Below are positions 40,353 through 48,882 of a DNA stretch of 48,882 nt, piece after piece. Below the pieces are notes generated by a model that saw nothing but the letters and a program-made list of their open reading frames with translations, was not told the DNA's origin and did no database searches. The stretch is taken from the NCBI GenBank assembly GCA_019429005.1, contig JAHYJR010000002.1, positions 104,852 through 153,733 on the forward strand, written 5' to 3'. How positions within the stretch are numbered: position 1 is the first letter of the stretch; every line of letters starts with the position of its first letter. This DNA is from Nanobdellati archaeon (GTDB taxonomy: Archaea > EX4484-52 > GLR71). The translations under genes were made by a program, and so were the position numbers.

Positions 40353-41021
40353 TCAACTACAATTACAAGTACCACCAAGACCACAACAAACATGATCTTC
40401 TGAAGAACTACCACCGCAATGACAACCCTTAGACATTTCTTTTAACTTTTCCACAAGTATATCTTTTAACACATTCCCAAATCCATCCTTATATAGTATT
40501 GGTTCAAGTACAGGTGATGTTAATGTTTGAAGCAAAAGACCTTCACCATATTCAGCATTTTGAATAATATTATCATGCATTATTGAATATAAAGAATCAA
40601 GCTCATCTTCAGAAAATTTAGTTGGAATAAAAAATAGATTACCATCTGCCCATGATGCAATTAAACTATTCTTAAAATAAGGACTATTATACATAATATT
40701 TTTAATATTTTTTTTTGAAAAAACATCAGAAGTATTACAAACATCATATGGAAACACAAAAAGATCACTATCAAATTTTGCTGCAGGATAAGCACCATAT
40801 TTAGTACCCCTTGCAATCACCCATTTAGAACCTTCAATATCAAGAATATCTGCAGAAATATATTTCATATAACCTGTGCAAGTCCTATGACTATCACTAT
40901 CTTCTGCAATCTCTGACATAGTATCTTCCAATAAAATAATTTGTCTAGAACCATACTCTTTAACAATCAAATCATAAGTATTTTCAATAAGCTGTCCAAC
41001 TAATAAACCTTTTTCTTTCAT
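40353..41021 (-). CDS. Hypothetical protein with Cys/His-rich C-terminal tail
   Basis: Tail GCHCGGSSSEDHVCCGLGGTCNCS; SD GGTG. Confidence 0.7.
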   Translation of the reverse strand: MKEKGLLVGQLIENTYDLIVKEYGSRQIILLEDTMSEIAEDSDSHRTCTGYMKYISADILDIEGSKWVIARGTKYGAYPAAKFDSDLFVFPYDVCNTSDVFSKKNIKNIMYNSPYFKNSLIASWADGNLFFIPTKFSEDELDSLYSIMHDNIIQNAEYGEGLLLQTLTSPVLEPILYKDGFGNVLKDILVEKLKEMSKGCHCGGSSSEDHVCCGLGGTCNCS

Positions 41022-41137
41022 TCTAACACCATTATTATAATTAATATAATTCCTCTTATTAAGACTATAATACTAAAACCAAATTTTATAAATAAATCTT
41101 AATATCTATTTATAAAGATAAATAAAAACCAATTAAA

Positions 41138-41497
41138 TTACTTATATAATTTTTTAAATTTCTCAACAATATTTCTAACACCTTTAAGATTTTCAATATC
41201 TGAAAGACCCTTAGGTGTCACTTCAAAAGATATATGTTTAGAAGCCGAATCTGTATAACATAAACCCCTATATTGTTTTGAATTAAAATCCGATTTAATA
41301 TGTAAAACCTCCAAAGAAACATCAAATGATATACGTACCGATTTAGGTTCATCTGAAACAAAAGAAGGATAAAATAAAGATAAAGGATCACCATCAACAG
41401 CATTCAAAAACGATACAGAAAGATTTCCAATCTTATGTTCAATACTAAGTTCTGTAGCAAGATCAATCGCAGAATAATAATATGGTTCATTTTTCAT
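41138..41497 (-). CDS. Hypothetical protein
   Basis: 119-aa ORF with GTGAT SD. Confidence 0.55.
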   Translation of the reverse strand: MKNEPYYYSAIDLATELSIEHKIGNLSVSFLNAVDGDPLSLFYPSFVSDEPKSVRISFDVSLEVLHIKSDFNSKQYRGLCYTDSASKHISFEVTPKGLSDIENLKGVRNIVEKFKKLYK

Positions 41498-41585
41498 AAA
41501 ATCACACTCTATAGTAATAATATAATCTAAAATGTAATATAACTTAACAACTTTAAAAGAATTTGGGTATTAATTTATAAAAAAA

Positions 41586-42605
41586 TTATTTCAGACCTAA
41601 ACCTTCAACAAGAACAAAAACAATATAATTCACCCCAAGACCAAATACATAATTGAAACTACGAATAAGCAATGTACCTGCAAGAGCCACTTCGGGAGGA
41701 ACACCCATTGATGTATATATACCAATCATAGATATCTCGGAAATACCAAAACCTCCTGGTATCGCGATTATGAATGATAATATCATTGTAATTGTAACTG
41801 TAACAATTATAGTAATCAAGCTGACCTCATAGCCAATTGCGAGAAATGCGATATAACTTTGTAAATAAATAAGAGACCATCTAATAGATGATAAGAATAA
41901 ACCAATCTCAACAAGACCCCTATTTTTAGATAATTCCATTATCTGATGTGAGAACTTATGCATTTTTGAAATGCAAAAACGCTCAAAAACATGATATGTC
42001 CTAAAACGATTTCTTAAAAATGCAAAAAAGTGAAAATTATATATATAATGAAAAATCGCATCAATATATCTTTTTTCTGAATTTGCACGCTTCTCAAGAA
42101 TATAACCAGACACTATAGATGATAATACAAAAAGCACAAACACTTCAAGAACAAACGAAAACATCTGAGGTATCTCAAACATAAAAGATATCACAAAAAT
42201 TGAACCAAGCGACATGATAAAAAATATTACATAATCACACATCTTATCTAATACAGTTGTAGCCATAGATTTTGAAAGATCCACACCAAAAAGACGCGAA
42301 ATCTTATAAGCTCTATAAGGTTCACCCCCAATCCTTGTACCCGGAGTCGCATTAGATATAAATTCAGATGCAAAAAAGATTGGTAACAATTTAAGATAAC
42401 CAATACGTGCTATTGAATTTACAAAAAGACCCCATTTTATACTTGATATAAATAATATAAACAGCTCAATTACAAAAAGATATAATATCGCATTAACCTC
42501 AGTATTAATTATTATACTATAAGCCTCATACATACTGACATTAAAGAATAAATACCCAACTACCAAAAACGATAACATAAGTATAAACGATTTTAATCTT
42601 TTCAT
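41586..42605 (-). CDS. Lysylphosphatidylglycerol-synthase TM / flippase-like membrane protein (UPF0104)
   Basis: KW, NATPGTRIGGEPYR, IPGGFGISE, LLIR; about 8 TM. Confidence 0.85.
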   Translation of the reverse strand: MKRLKSFILMLSFLVVGYLFFNVSMYEAYSIIINTEVNAILYLFVIELFILFISSIKWGLFVNSIARIGYLKLLPIFFASEFISNATPGTRIGGEPYRAYKISRLFGVDLSKSMATTVLDKMCDYVIFFIMSLGSIFVISFMFEIPQMFSFVLEVFVLFVLSSIVSGYILEKRANSEKRYIDAIFHYIYNFHFFAFLRNRFRTYHVFERFCISKMHKFSHQIMELSKNRGLVEIGLFLSSIRWSLIYLQSYIAFLAIGYEVSLITIIVTVTITMILSFIIAIPGGFGISEISMIGIYTSMGVPPEVALAGTLLIRSFNYVFGLGVNYIVFVLVEGLGLK

Positions 42606-42742
42606 AATATTATTTATAGACGCACCTTATATATAACATTTTCAGTTATAATTCAAAAAATCAACAAAAAAAAAATATCATATAATGCTAATCTAACACA
42701 ATAACAAATTACTTTAGAAAAAACAAAAACAATGAAAAGTTA

Positions 42743-42997
42743 TTAACCACCCATTATAACAGGTGCAAAGGATATTACGTCTTTTGCACTAATTATAATG
42801 TTTTTCTTATCTGTGATATTGACCCCATTTTTAAGTATCAATGTACCATCTTTCAAAATCATATCAATAAACTTTTGACCATATTTTTTAAAAAGAATTT
42901 TCTCTAAATCTGAAAGAATTATCATCTTAACATCTAAATCTTCAACCCTTTTTCCAGTTATTTCATTTACATGATTTGAAATATATCTTATCTGCAT
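42743..42997 (-). CDS. Ubiquitin-like MoaD/ThiS/SAMP protein
   Basis: EITGKRVE, LILKNG, DVISFAPVIMGG C-terminal diglycine. Confidence 0.8.
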   Translation of the reverse strand: MQIRYISNHVNEITGKRVEDLDVKMIILSDLEKILFKKYGQKFIDMILKDGTLILKNGVNITDKKNIIISAKDVISFAPVIMGG

Positions 42998-43011
42998 AAA
43001 ACCACAAAAAA

Positions 43012-43308
43012 TCATTCTTCAAGATTTTCTTTTACAGGCGTTAAAGACTCAATACTAAACTCAACAATATTAGATGTAATTTTTGTGATTTTCTCATCAA
43101 CAGAATTACCTAAAGTTTTTGAAATAAAATCTTTTATATCTCCTCTTGTCACCTCAAGTTTTTTCTGTTTTCTAAGACCATCTTTAATTGTATCTTTAAT
43201 ATCCAAAAGCACATCACCCCGGATTTTTTCCAAAACGTTTTTTGAAATATTTGAAATAACTTTCTCTAAAATGACTTCTTCGACAAGCTGTTTAACAAGA
43301 TCTGACAT
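43012..43308 (-). CDS. Hypothetical helical protein
   Basis: About 98 aa, GTGAT SD, same strand and close upstream of the SAMP-like gene. Confidence 0.6.
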   Translation of the reverse strand: MSDLVKQLVEEVILEKVISNISKNVLEKIRGDVLLDIKDTIKDGLRKQKKLEVTRGDIKDFISKTLGNSVDEKITKITSNIVEFSIESLTPVKENLEE

Positions 43309-43533
43309 AATTATCACTTAAAATTATTTTATTATACTACCATTATTTTTTTAAATAGATATATAAATAACATAGATAGATTCAAACTAAATAATCTAAA
43401 ATAAACATATAAAAAAAACATAAAATCAAAACTTAACAATAAAAAAACATATTTAAAAACTGAAAAATAATTTTAACAATCTAAAAGATAAAAAATCTAT
43501 AAATATAAAAATAAAAAAAACTAATCTTAACAC

Positions 43534-44193
43534 ATGAAACCTTTAATTGTGATTAATCTTAAAACCTATGAAAATGGTACTGGTTATAAAGCAAAAGAAT
43601 TAGCACTTATAGCACAAGAAATTACAGATGCTCGTAATAGTAACATAATATTTGCCGTACAAGCAACAGATATCTATAATATATCACAATCTGTTAAATA
43701 TCCTATATACGCACAACACATAGATGCAATACCTTTTGGTTCACACACAGGTTACATCCTTCCAGAATCAGTAAAAGAATCTGGTGCAGCTGGTACTTTA
43801 TTAAATCACAGCGAACGAAAAATAACTTTAGAAAATCTTGAAAAATCAATTAAACGTGCAAAAGATCTCGGACTTATAATAATCGCATGCGCTGACACAC
43901 CTGATGAAGCTGAAGCAATCGCAGCATTCTCTCCAGATTATATAGCAGTCGAACCACCTGAATTAATAGGGGGTGACATCTCAATATCAACATCAAAACC
44001 AGAAGTCATTACAGAAACGATTAAGCTTGTTAGAAAAGTCAATCCAGACATAAAGATTCTTGTAGGTGCAGGCATAAAGACTGGAAAAGATGTCAAAAAA
44101 GCACTTGAACTTGGTGCAGTAGGAATACTTCTCGCATCTGGAGTAACTCAAGCTAAAGATCCAAAAAAAGTTTTAGAAGATCTTGATATTTAA
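43534..44193 (+). CDS. tpiA: Triosephosphate isomerase (archaeal type)
   Basis: INLKTY, YAQH, LLNHSER, AVEPPELIGG, GAGI, GILLASG. Confidence 0.97.
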   Translation: MKPLIVINLKTYENGTGYKAKELALIAQEITDARNSNIIFAVQATDIYNISQSVKYPIYAQHIDAIPFGSHTGYILPESVKESGAAGTLLNHSERKITLENLEKSIKRAKDLGLIIIACADTPDEAEAIAAFSPDYIAVEPPELIGGDISISTSKPEVITETIKLVRKVNPDIKILVGAGIKTGKDVKKALELGAVGILLASGVTQAKDPKKVLEDLDI

Positions 44194-44310
44194 GTTAAAA
44201 AAAAGATTATCAGCCAACAATATTGTCTGATGTTTTTATTTAATATTTAACTGAAATAATTTTAAATTAATAAATTATATTAATCCACAAATATAAATTA
44301 AATCTTATTC

Positions 44311-45066
44311 CTAATCTTTAAATCTAACTAAACCTTGTTTAGTTAAACCCATTTTATCTTTTTGTACGTCTGTACCAATCACAGAACTATAAACTTAGTT
44401 ATAAGCGCCTTTTAATATCTCAAATGCATCACCTACATTTAGTTTAATTCCTTCTAATTTTTGTTGTGTACCAACAGAATCTAAATTATGTGTTTTTGCA
44501 AACGTATCAAAATGATCAGGATTCTTAACAATGTTTGAAATTCAATTATCTGCTATAATACTAAGTGATTCAAGATCACTAACAATTTTTCTAAGATATG
44601 ATGCAGAATGTGCGTATTCATCTTTAATACGATAAACTGAAGAATCTTTAGTTAATTCATCTGAAACCGTCAAAATGTGATTATCACCTTCAACATAAGT
44701 TGAAAGACCTTTACTTGTTTTATCTTTAATATAAGACATTTTTTGTTTTAATTTCTTTAAATCTTCAAATAAAGAAGTTAAACTAAAATCATCGATATCT
44801 TCATCACCCAAATAAGATTTTAATTCCCTAAGACCATCAAGATATTGACTTTTAATATCACCTCTCAAAGATAAATCATTTCGAGTTGGAACATAATTAA
44901 AAGTTTCAAAACCACCTTCTTCAATTTATTTTCTAACAGACTCACGAACTAAATCCAAATCACCATAAACTTGTGCTTTAGCTCTTTGTAATTGAAGTTA
45001 TCCCAAAGACATAGCCACAAGGACTGTACCAACCAATGCCATAATAGCACTTATAATCAAAACCAT
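44311..45066 (-). pseudogene. Interrupted paralog of 47366-48103: 252-codon frame with four internal stops
   Basis: Single frame from ATG 45066; stops TAA 44998-45000, TAA 44926-44928, TGA 44542-44544, TAA 44395-44397, terminal TAG 44311-44313; first 22 aa 19/22 identical to the paralog; length matches its 245 aa. Confidence 0.75.
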
Positions 45067-45110
45067 AATCAACATATCAATATATAATAAGACTAATTTA
45101 GTAAAACCAC

Positions 45111-45173
<63 letters not shown>

Positions 45174-45284
45174 CCATTTTATAACACACAAAAATAAGCA
45201 CAACAATTACCAAAAAATCACTTAAACAGTACAAAAATTGCCTTAATCAAACAGAAGGTATAATCCTAAATCAAAATAACATCT

Positions 45285-45770
45285 ATGAGAAGCACTTATA
45301 TATTGGTAGATTCCAACCGTTCCACCATGGACATCTAGAAACTGTCAAGAACATTGCAAAAGAATGTGATTCAATAGCGATTGTGATTGCAAACAGCACA
45401 GAACATAACACAGAACAGAACCCATTCACAGCAGAAACAAAAAAACAAATGATCTCAAAAACACTTGAACATTATGGACTTCTTGAAAAGACAGATATAA
45501 ACACAACCTGATATGGGCAACGACAGACTATGGGCTGAAAATATACTTCAAAAAATAGGATATGCAAATATCGCATACACAGGCAATAGTTGGACATCCA
45601 GATGCTTAGAACCTTACATCAAGATAAAACAACAGGAAATGATTGAAAGAAACCTATTTAGGGGCACAAATATACGCAAACTAATAAGAATAGGAGACTT
45701 AAGATGGAAAAATTATATCCATCCAAAAGTCACAAGATATATCGAAGACAAATTCCCTATTCAGATTTGA
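45285..45770 (+). pseudogene. nadM: Frameshifted nicotinamide-mononucleotide adenylyltransferase
   Basis: YIGRFQPFHHGH and NPFTAE in one frame (out of frame with ATG 45285), ending at TGA near 45508; PDMGNDRLW, YTGNS, FRGTNIRK, W...V continue in the next frame. Confidence 0.85.
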
Positions 45771-46692
45771 AAAGAGGTGTGCTAAGGTACTTAAAACCGT
45801 TATCTGGAAATATCACAACAATATTCTTATCTGGACCTAAGCCTTTAGCTTTCATCTGTGCAATATACATCGCAGCTGCAGAACTCATACCCACAAGCAA
45901 TCCATCTGTTTTTGCAATATCTTGAGCAGTCTTAAATACATTTGGCATCTCATCTTGAGAAACCTCCACAACCTCATCAAAATGACCACTATCATAAAGT
46001 TGAGTCGGATAAAGTTCATTAGGATTTCTAAGACCTTGTATTGAAACACCTAATTTAGGTATTACAGCAACCACTTGTATGTCTGAACGATATTCTTTCA
46101 ATCGTTTAGATATACCAACACCAGTTCCAGCAGTACCAATACCTAACACAACCATATCCACATCACCTGCCATCTGCGTCAAAATCTCTTTAGCAGTCGT
46201 ATCATAATGCACCTCAATATTTGCATAATCCTTAAACTGGTTTATATCAACATATTTGTCAGGATTCTCTGAAAGCATCTTAAGCTTTAATTCAACAGCA
46301 CCCCCAGTACCTTTTGAACCGGGTGACAATACTAGTTTAGCCCCATATGCCTTGATAATATCTCGACGTTCAATACTTACAGATTCAGGCATAACAATCT
46401 CAATAGGATGCCCCTTCATTGCAGCAATCATAGAAAGCGATATCCCTGTATTTCCAGACGTTGCTTCAAGTATAATCTTGCCTTCCTCAAAACGGCCTTG
46501 AGCTTCAGCATCCTCAATCAATCTTAAAGCCATTCTATCTTTAATAGAAGAACTAAGATTATACCATTCAAGCTTTGCAAAAATATTTGCAAAATTATTT
46601 TGAATACCACTCAATTTAACAATTGGTGTATTACCTATAAGATTATATGTCGAACTTATAAAATTCATTTTATTAACCGATTTACTAATCAT
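45757..46692 (-). CDS. Cysteine synthase (PLP-dependent, CysK/CysM family)
   Basis: IGNTPIVKL, AKLEWYNLSSSIKDR, EATSGNTG, GIGTAGT, IQGL, GMSS, FPDNGFKYLS. Confidence 0.92.
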   Translation of the reverse strand: MISKSVNKMNFISSTYNLIGNTPIVKLSGIQNNFANIFAKLEWYNLSSSIKDRMALRLIEDAEAQGRFEEGKIILEATSGNTGISLSMIAAMKGHPIEIVMPESVSIERRDIIKAYGAKLVLSPGSKGTGGAVELKLKMLSENPDKYVDINQFKDYANIEVHYDTTAKEILTQMAGDVDMVVLGIGTAGTGVGISKRLKEYRSDIQVVAVIPKLGVSIQGLRNPNELYPTQLYDSGHFDEVVEVSQDEMPNVFKTAQDIAKTDGLLVGMSSAAAMYIAQMKAKGLGPDKNIVVIFPDNGFKYLSTPLFKSE

Positions 46693-46803
46693 AACAGATC
46701 ACCTTTTAAAAAAGTATTATACAGAAACAGAAACGACAAACTATTTAATTGTAATATTAATAGAAATATCGTAAAAATTGATTGTCCAAAGAAAACAAAA
46801 AGA

Positions 46804-46851
46804 CTATAAACTAAATAAGGTTTGAGATTTACAAAAATATTCGCCTGTCAT
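46804..46851 (-). other. 15-aa upstream ORF (candidate leader peptide MTGEYFCKSQTLFSL)
   Basis: ATG preceded by GGGTGA SD, with TTTATATA box upstream; 111 nt before cysteine synthase. Confidence 0.4.
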
Positions 46852-46863
46852 AGTTTCACCCTT

Positions 46864-46878
46864 TATAACACTGTTATA
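46864..46878. promoter_or_regulatory. Perfect palindrome TATAACA-C-TGTTATA (candidate operator)
   Basis: Between the putative TATA box (about 46889-46896, minus) and the SD of the leader ORF. Confidence 0.4.
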
Positions 46879-46977
46879 TTTTTAAAATTATATAAAGCTT
46901 TCTATAATACTCAAATAAAACATTATATATAAAAAGGTTTCAACAATAATAATTATAGTTTAAAAAAGGGGTAAAAA

Positions 46978-47140
46978 GGGGTCATGGTGTAACCTGGTAG
47001 CACAGTAGGCTCCAATCATGCATAAATTGCATTTATGGAGCGATGAGGGCGTAAAAACCCAATGATATGGCGAATCTGTGTATAATCAAAAAAATGAGAG
47101 ATACCTACTAATTGGGGTTCAAATCCCTATGACCCCACCA
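46978..47140 (+). tRNA. tRNA-Trp(CCA) with about 87-nt intron at 37/38 (47016-47102), encoded CCA end
   Basis: Acceptor GGGGTCA/TGACCCC, anticodon stem GTAGG/CCTAC, CCA at 47012-47014, GTTCAAATC T-loop; relaxed BHB. Confidence 0.92.
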
Positions 47141-47146
47141 AAATAT

Positions 47147-47290
47147 GCAGTCTTAGTCTAGCGGTATGACACGGGCCTTCCAAGCCTGTAACCCGGGTTC
47201 AAATCAACTTTAATCAGTCGATACGCGGTTGATATTTATTTTCGGATATGTATCAATATGGATATTGTTGTGAAAATCCCGGAGACTGCA
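47147..47290 (+). tRNA. tRNA-Gly(TCC) with 73-nt non-canonical intron in T-loop (59/60; 47204-47276)
   Basis: Acceptor GCAGTCT/AGACTGC, anticodon TCC 47179-47181, T-stem CCGGG/CCCGG; strict BHB: UUCA/UGAA helix, two AAU bulges, CAAC/GUUG intron stem. Confidence 0.93.
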
Positions 47291-47365
47291 TAAAAACACC
47301 CTTAAAATAAAAATAGATAATTTTAGATTTAAAAAACTAAAGACTAATAGATTATAATAAACGTA

Positions 47366-48103
47366 TTATTTTTTACGTTTATGAATAATGACCTTAGATG
47401 GACCAGAACTAGTAACATTCAGATTACCTTTACCAGAACCAAGATCAACCTTAATATCAGAACCTGCACCTACACTAATTTTAAGATTTCTTCTATTTTT
47501 ATAAGATGGCTCTAATCCTACTTCATTCGAGGTATTAAGATATGAATTAATTTGATCTATTTGTTGATAACAGCGATCCATATCTTTTATTACACCATCA
47601 AGCAAAACATTACAAAAAGCAGGCTTCAAATTACCAAATAAATTAGATGTCTCATAAAAAGATGAATCCTTCTTAAGACTATTACGCATATCTTCTGCAA
47701 AATACTTTAAAAGCTCAACACCATAAACTAAAGTAGAAATACCATCTTTAGTAAAATAATCTTCACTAAAACCCGATTTATTATCTGGTGCTTCATTATT
47801 AAACAATACTTGATATACTTTTTCAATACGAGTCTTCATAACAGTAGACTCACCAAGAATAGGAGCAATATCTATAGGTTTATTTTCAGAAACCTTTTCA
47901 AGACCAAGTCTATTTGCAAAAGCATTCAACTGGGATTTAAAATAAGGAGCGGTATATATAGTATCACCATCTTTAGAGACCAATTCAACTGCATTTTCAA
48001 TATTTTTTCTTTCCTCTTTTCTAGTATAATCAAGAGTTCCGAGAGATGAAGCTACAAGAACTGTACCAACAAAAGCCATTATTGCACTTATTATAAAAAC
48101 CAT
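47366..48103 (-). CDS. Hypothetical N-terminally anchored protein (intact paralog of 44311-45066)
   Basis: 245 aa; hydrophobic MVFIISAIMAFVGTVLVASSLG then helical soluble body. Confidence 0.75.
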   Translation of the reverse strand: MVFIISAIMAFVGTVLVASSLGTLDYTRKEERKNIENAVELVSKDGDTIYTAPYFKSQLNAFANRLGLEKVSENKPIDIAPILGESTVMKTRIEKVYQVLFNNEAPDNKSGFSEDYFTKDGISTLVYGVELLKYFAEDMRNSLKKDSSFYETSNLFGNLKPAFCNVLLDGVIKDMDRCYQQIDQINSYLNTSNEVGLEPSYKNRRNLKISVGAGSDIKVDLGSGKGNLNVTSSGPSKVIIHKRKK

Positions 48104-48305
48104 AATAAAACCAAATTTAAATTTAACAAATAATACTTTAATAAACTCTATATATATAGATTTTGGTTATAAAAAAACTCAAAAAATTATAAACATTTTA
48201 TCAAAAACAAAACATACAACAAAATTATCTGAAAAAGATAAATATTATATCAAAAAACATAAAGTATATAAAAATATATTGATAATAACTATATAGTGGT
48301 TACTA

Positions 48306-48882
48306 ATGAATATTAAACACTCTAAACTAATACTTTTATTGACAATATTATTGACAATAACCTTATATGCAAGCGATGCAAATGCATATCCTTATGATTC
48401 TGACTGGGAACAAAAAGACATAGCAGATTATAACTGTGTAATGTATGACAACTGTCCAAAAACACAATGCTACAAACCATCATGTCAAACGGATTATCAT
48501 TATCATTACGAACCAGCCGTAATACCAACATACACTCCAACATACAGACCAACAACAACTACGACTTATAAAACCTCTTGGACTCCAAGCGGGAATGTTT
48601 GGGACGACTCAAGATATTCAGCAACAACATACAATAAAGATGCAAACATAGGCATAAACACAAGAAGCGGTGGAAATGTTTGGGACGACTCAAGATATTC
48701 AGCAACAACATACAATAAAGATGCAAACATAGGCATAAACACAAGAAGCGGCGGGAATGTTTGGGACGACTCAAGATATTCAGCAACAACATACAATAAA
48801 GATGCAAACATAGGCATAAACACAAGAAGCGGCGGGAATGTTTGGGACGACTCAAGATATTCAGCAACAACATACAATAAAG
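48306..48882 (+). CDS. Secreted repeat protein, 3'-truncated by window end (absent from ORF track)
   Basis: MNIKHSKLILLLTILLTITLYASDANA signal peptide, Cys4 segment, P/T linker, then 27-aa repeats GNVWDDSRYSATTYNKDANIGINTRSG; no stop before 48882. Confidence 0.8.
   Translation, partial: MNIKHSKLILLLTILLTITLYASDANAYPYDSDWEQKDIADYNCVMYDNCPKTQCYKPSCQTDYHYHYEPAVIPTYTPTYRPTTTTTYKTSWTPSGNVWDDSRYSATTYNKDANIGINTRSGGNVWDDSRYSATTYNKDANIGINTRSGGNVWDDSRYSATTYNKDANIGINTRSGGNVWDDSRYSATTYNK
48591..48882 (+). repeat. 81-bp near-perfect coding tandem repeat (at least 3.6 copies)
   Basis: Units start 48591, 48672, 48753, 48834; differences are synonymous in the Gly-Gly codons. Confidence 0.97.

Noticed and set aside
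44311-45066. Genome-wide stop-codon reassignment
   Set aside because: TAA (dnaK, pcn), TGA (ychF) and TAG (rpl7ae) all end conserved genes at expected positions, and no other gene shows internal stops.
48559-48877. Minus-strand ORFs 48559-48873 and 48566-48877, or a CRISPR array
   Set aside because: They are shadows of the 81-bp repeat; the + frame from 48306 has a signal peptide and only synonymous repeat variation; no spacers.

Overview
Low-GC, gene-dense archaeal chromosome segment, most consistent with a DPANN-type archaeon; this is inferred from archaeal housekeeping genes, GGTGA/GTGAT Shine-Dalgarno motifs, intron-containing tRNAs and many small membrane or surface proteins. Core genes: ssb, tatD, DEAD-box helicase, ychF, NusA-like, ABCE1, rpl7ae-rps28e-rpl24e-ndk, HemK2, DRG GTPase, dph2-rpoL, grpE-dnaK-dnaJ, aIF5B, sec11-tfs-RPA-pcn, tpiA and cysteine synthase. 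Standout observations: (1) a two-gene PspA/ESCRT-III-like coiled-coil plus MIT-like/Vps4(CdvC)-type AAA ATPase cassette without an upstream cdvA (20-1886); (2) two paralogous orphan membrane-anchored genes sharing only a 22-aa N-terminus and the promoter, one copy full-length but carrying four in-frame stops with no indels and a TATA element expanded from (TA)5 to about (TA)30; (3) tRNA-Gly(TCC) with a 73-nt T-loop (59/60) intron and a perfect BHB, next to tRNA-Trp whose intron keeps a Cm34 guide; (4) a bacterial-type CoaD-CoaE fusion; (5) a frameshifted nadM; (6) frequent tandem repeats, both intergenic and coding; (7) ORFs missed by the track: a 50-aa membrane protein in the ribosomal operon, a Cys-containing leader upstream of cysteine synthase, and a secreted 27-aa-repeat protein cut by the window end. 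All calls come from reading motifs by eye; no searches were run. No CRISPR array, transposase or integrase was seen.
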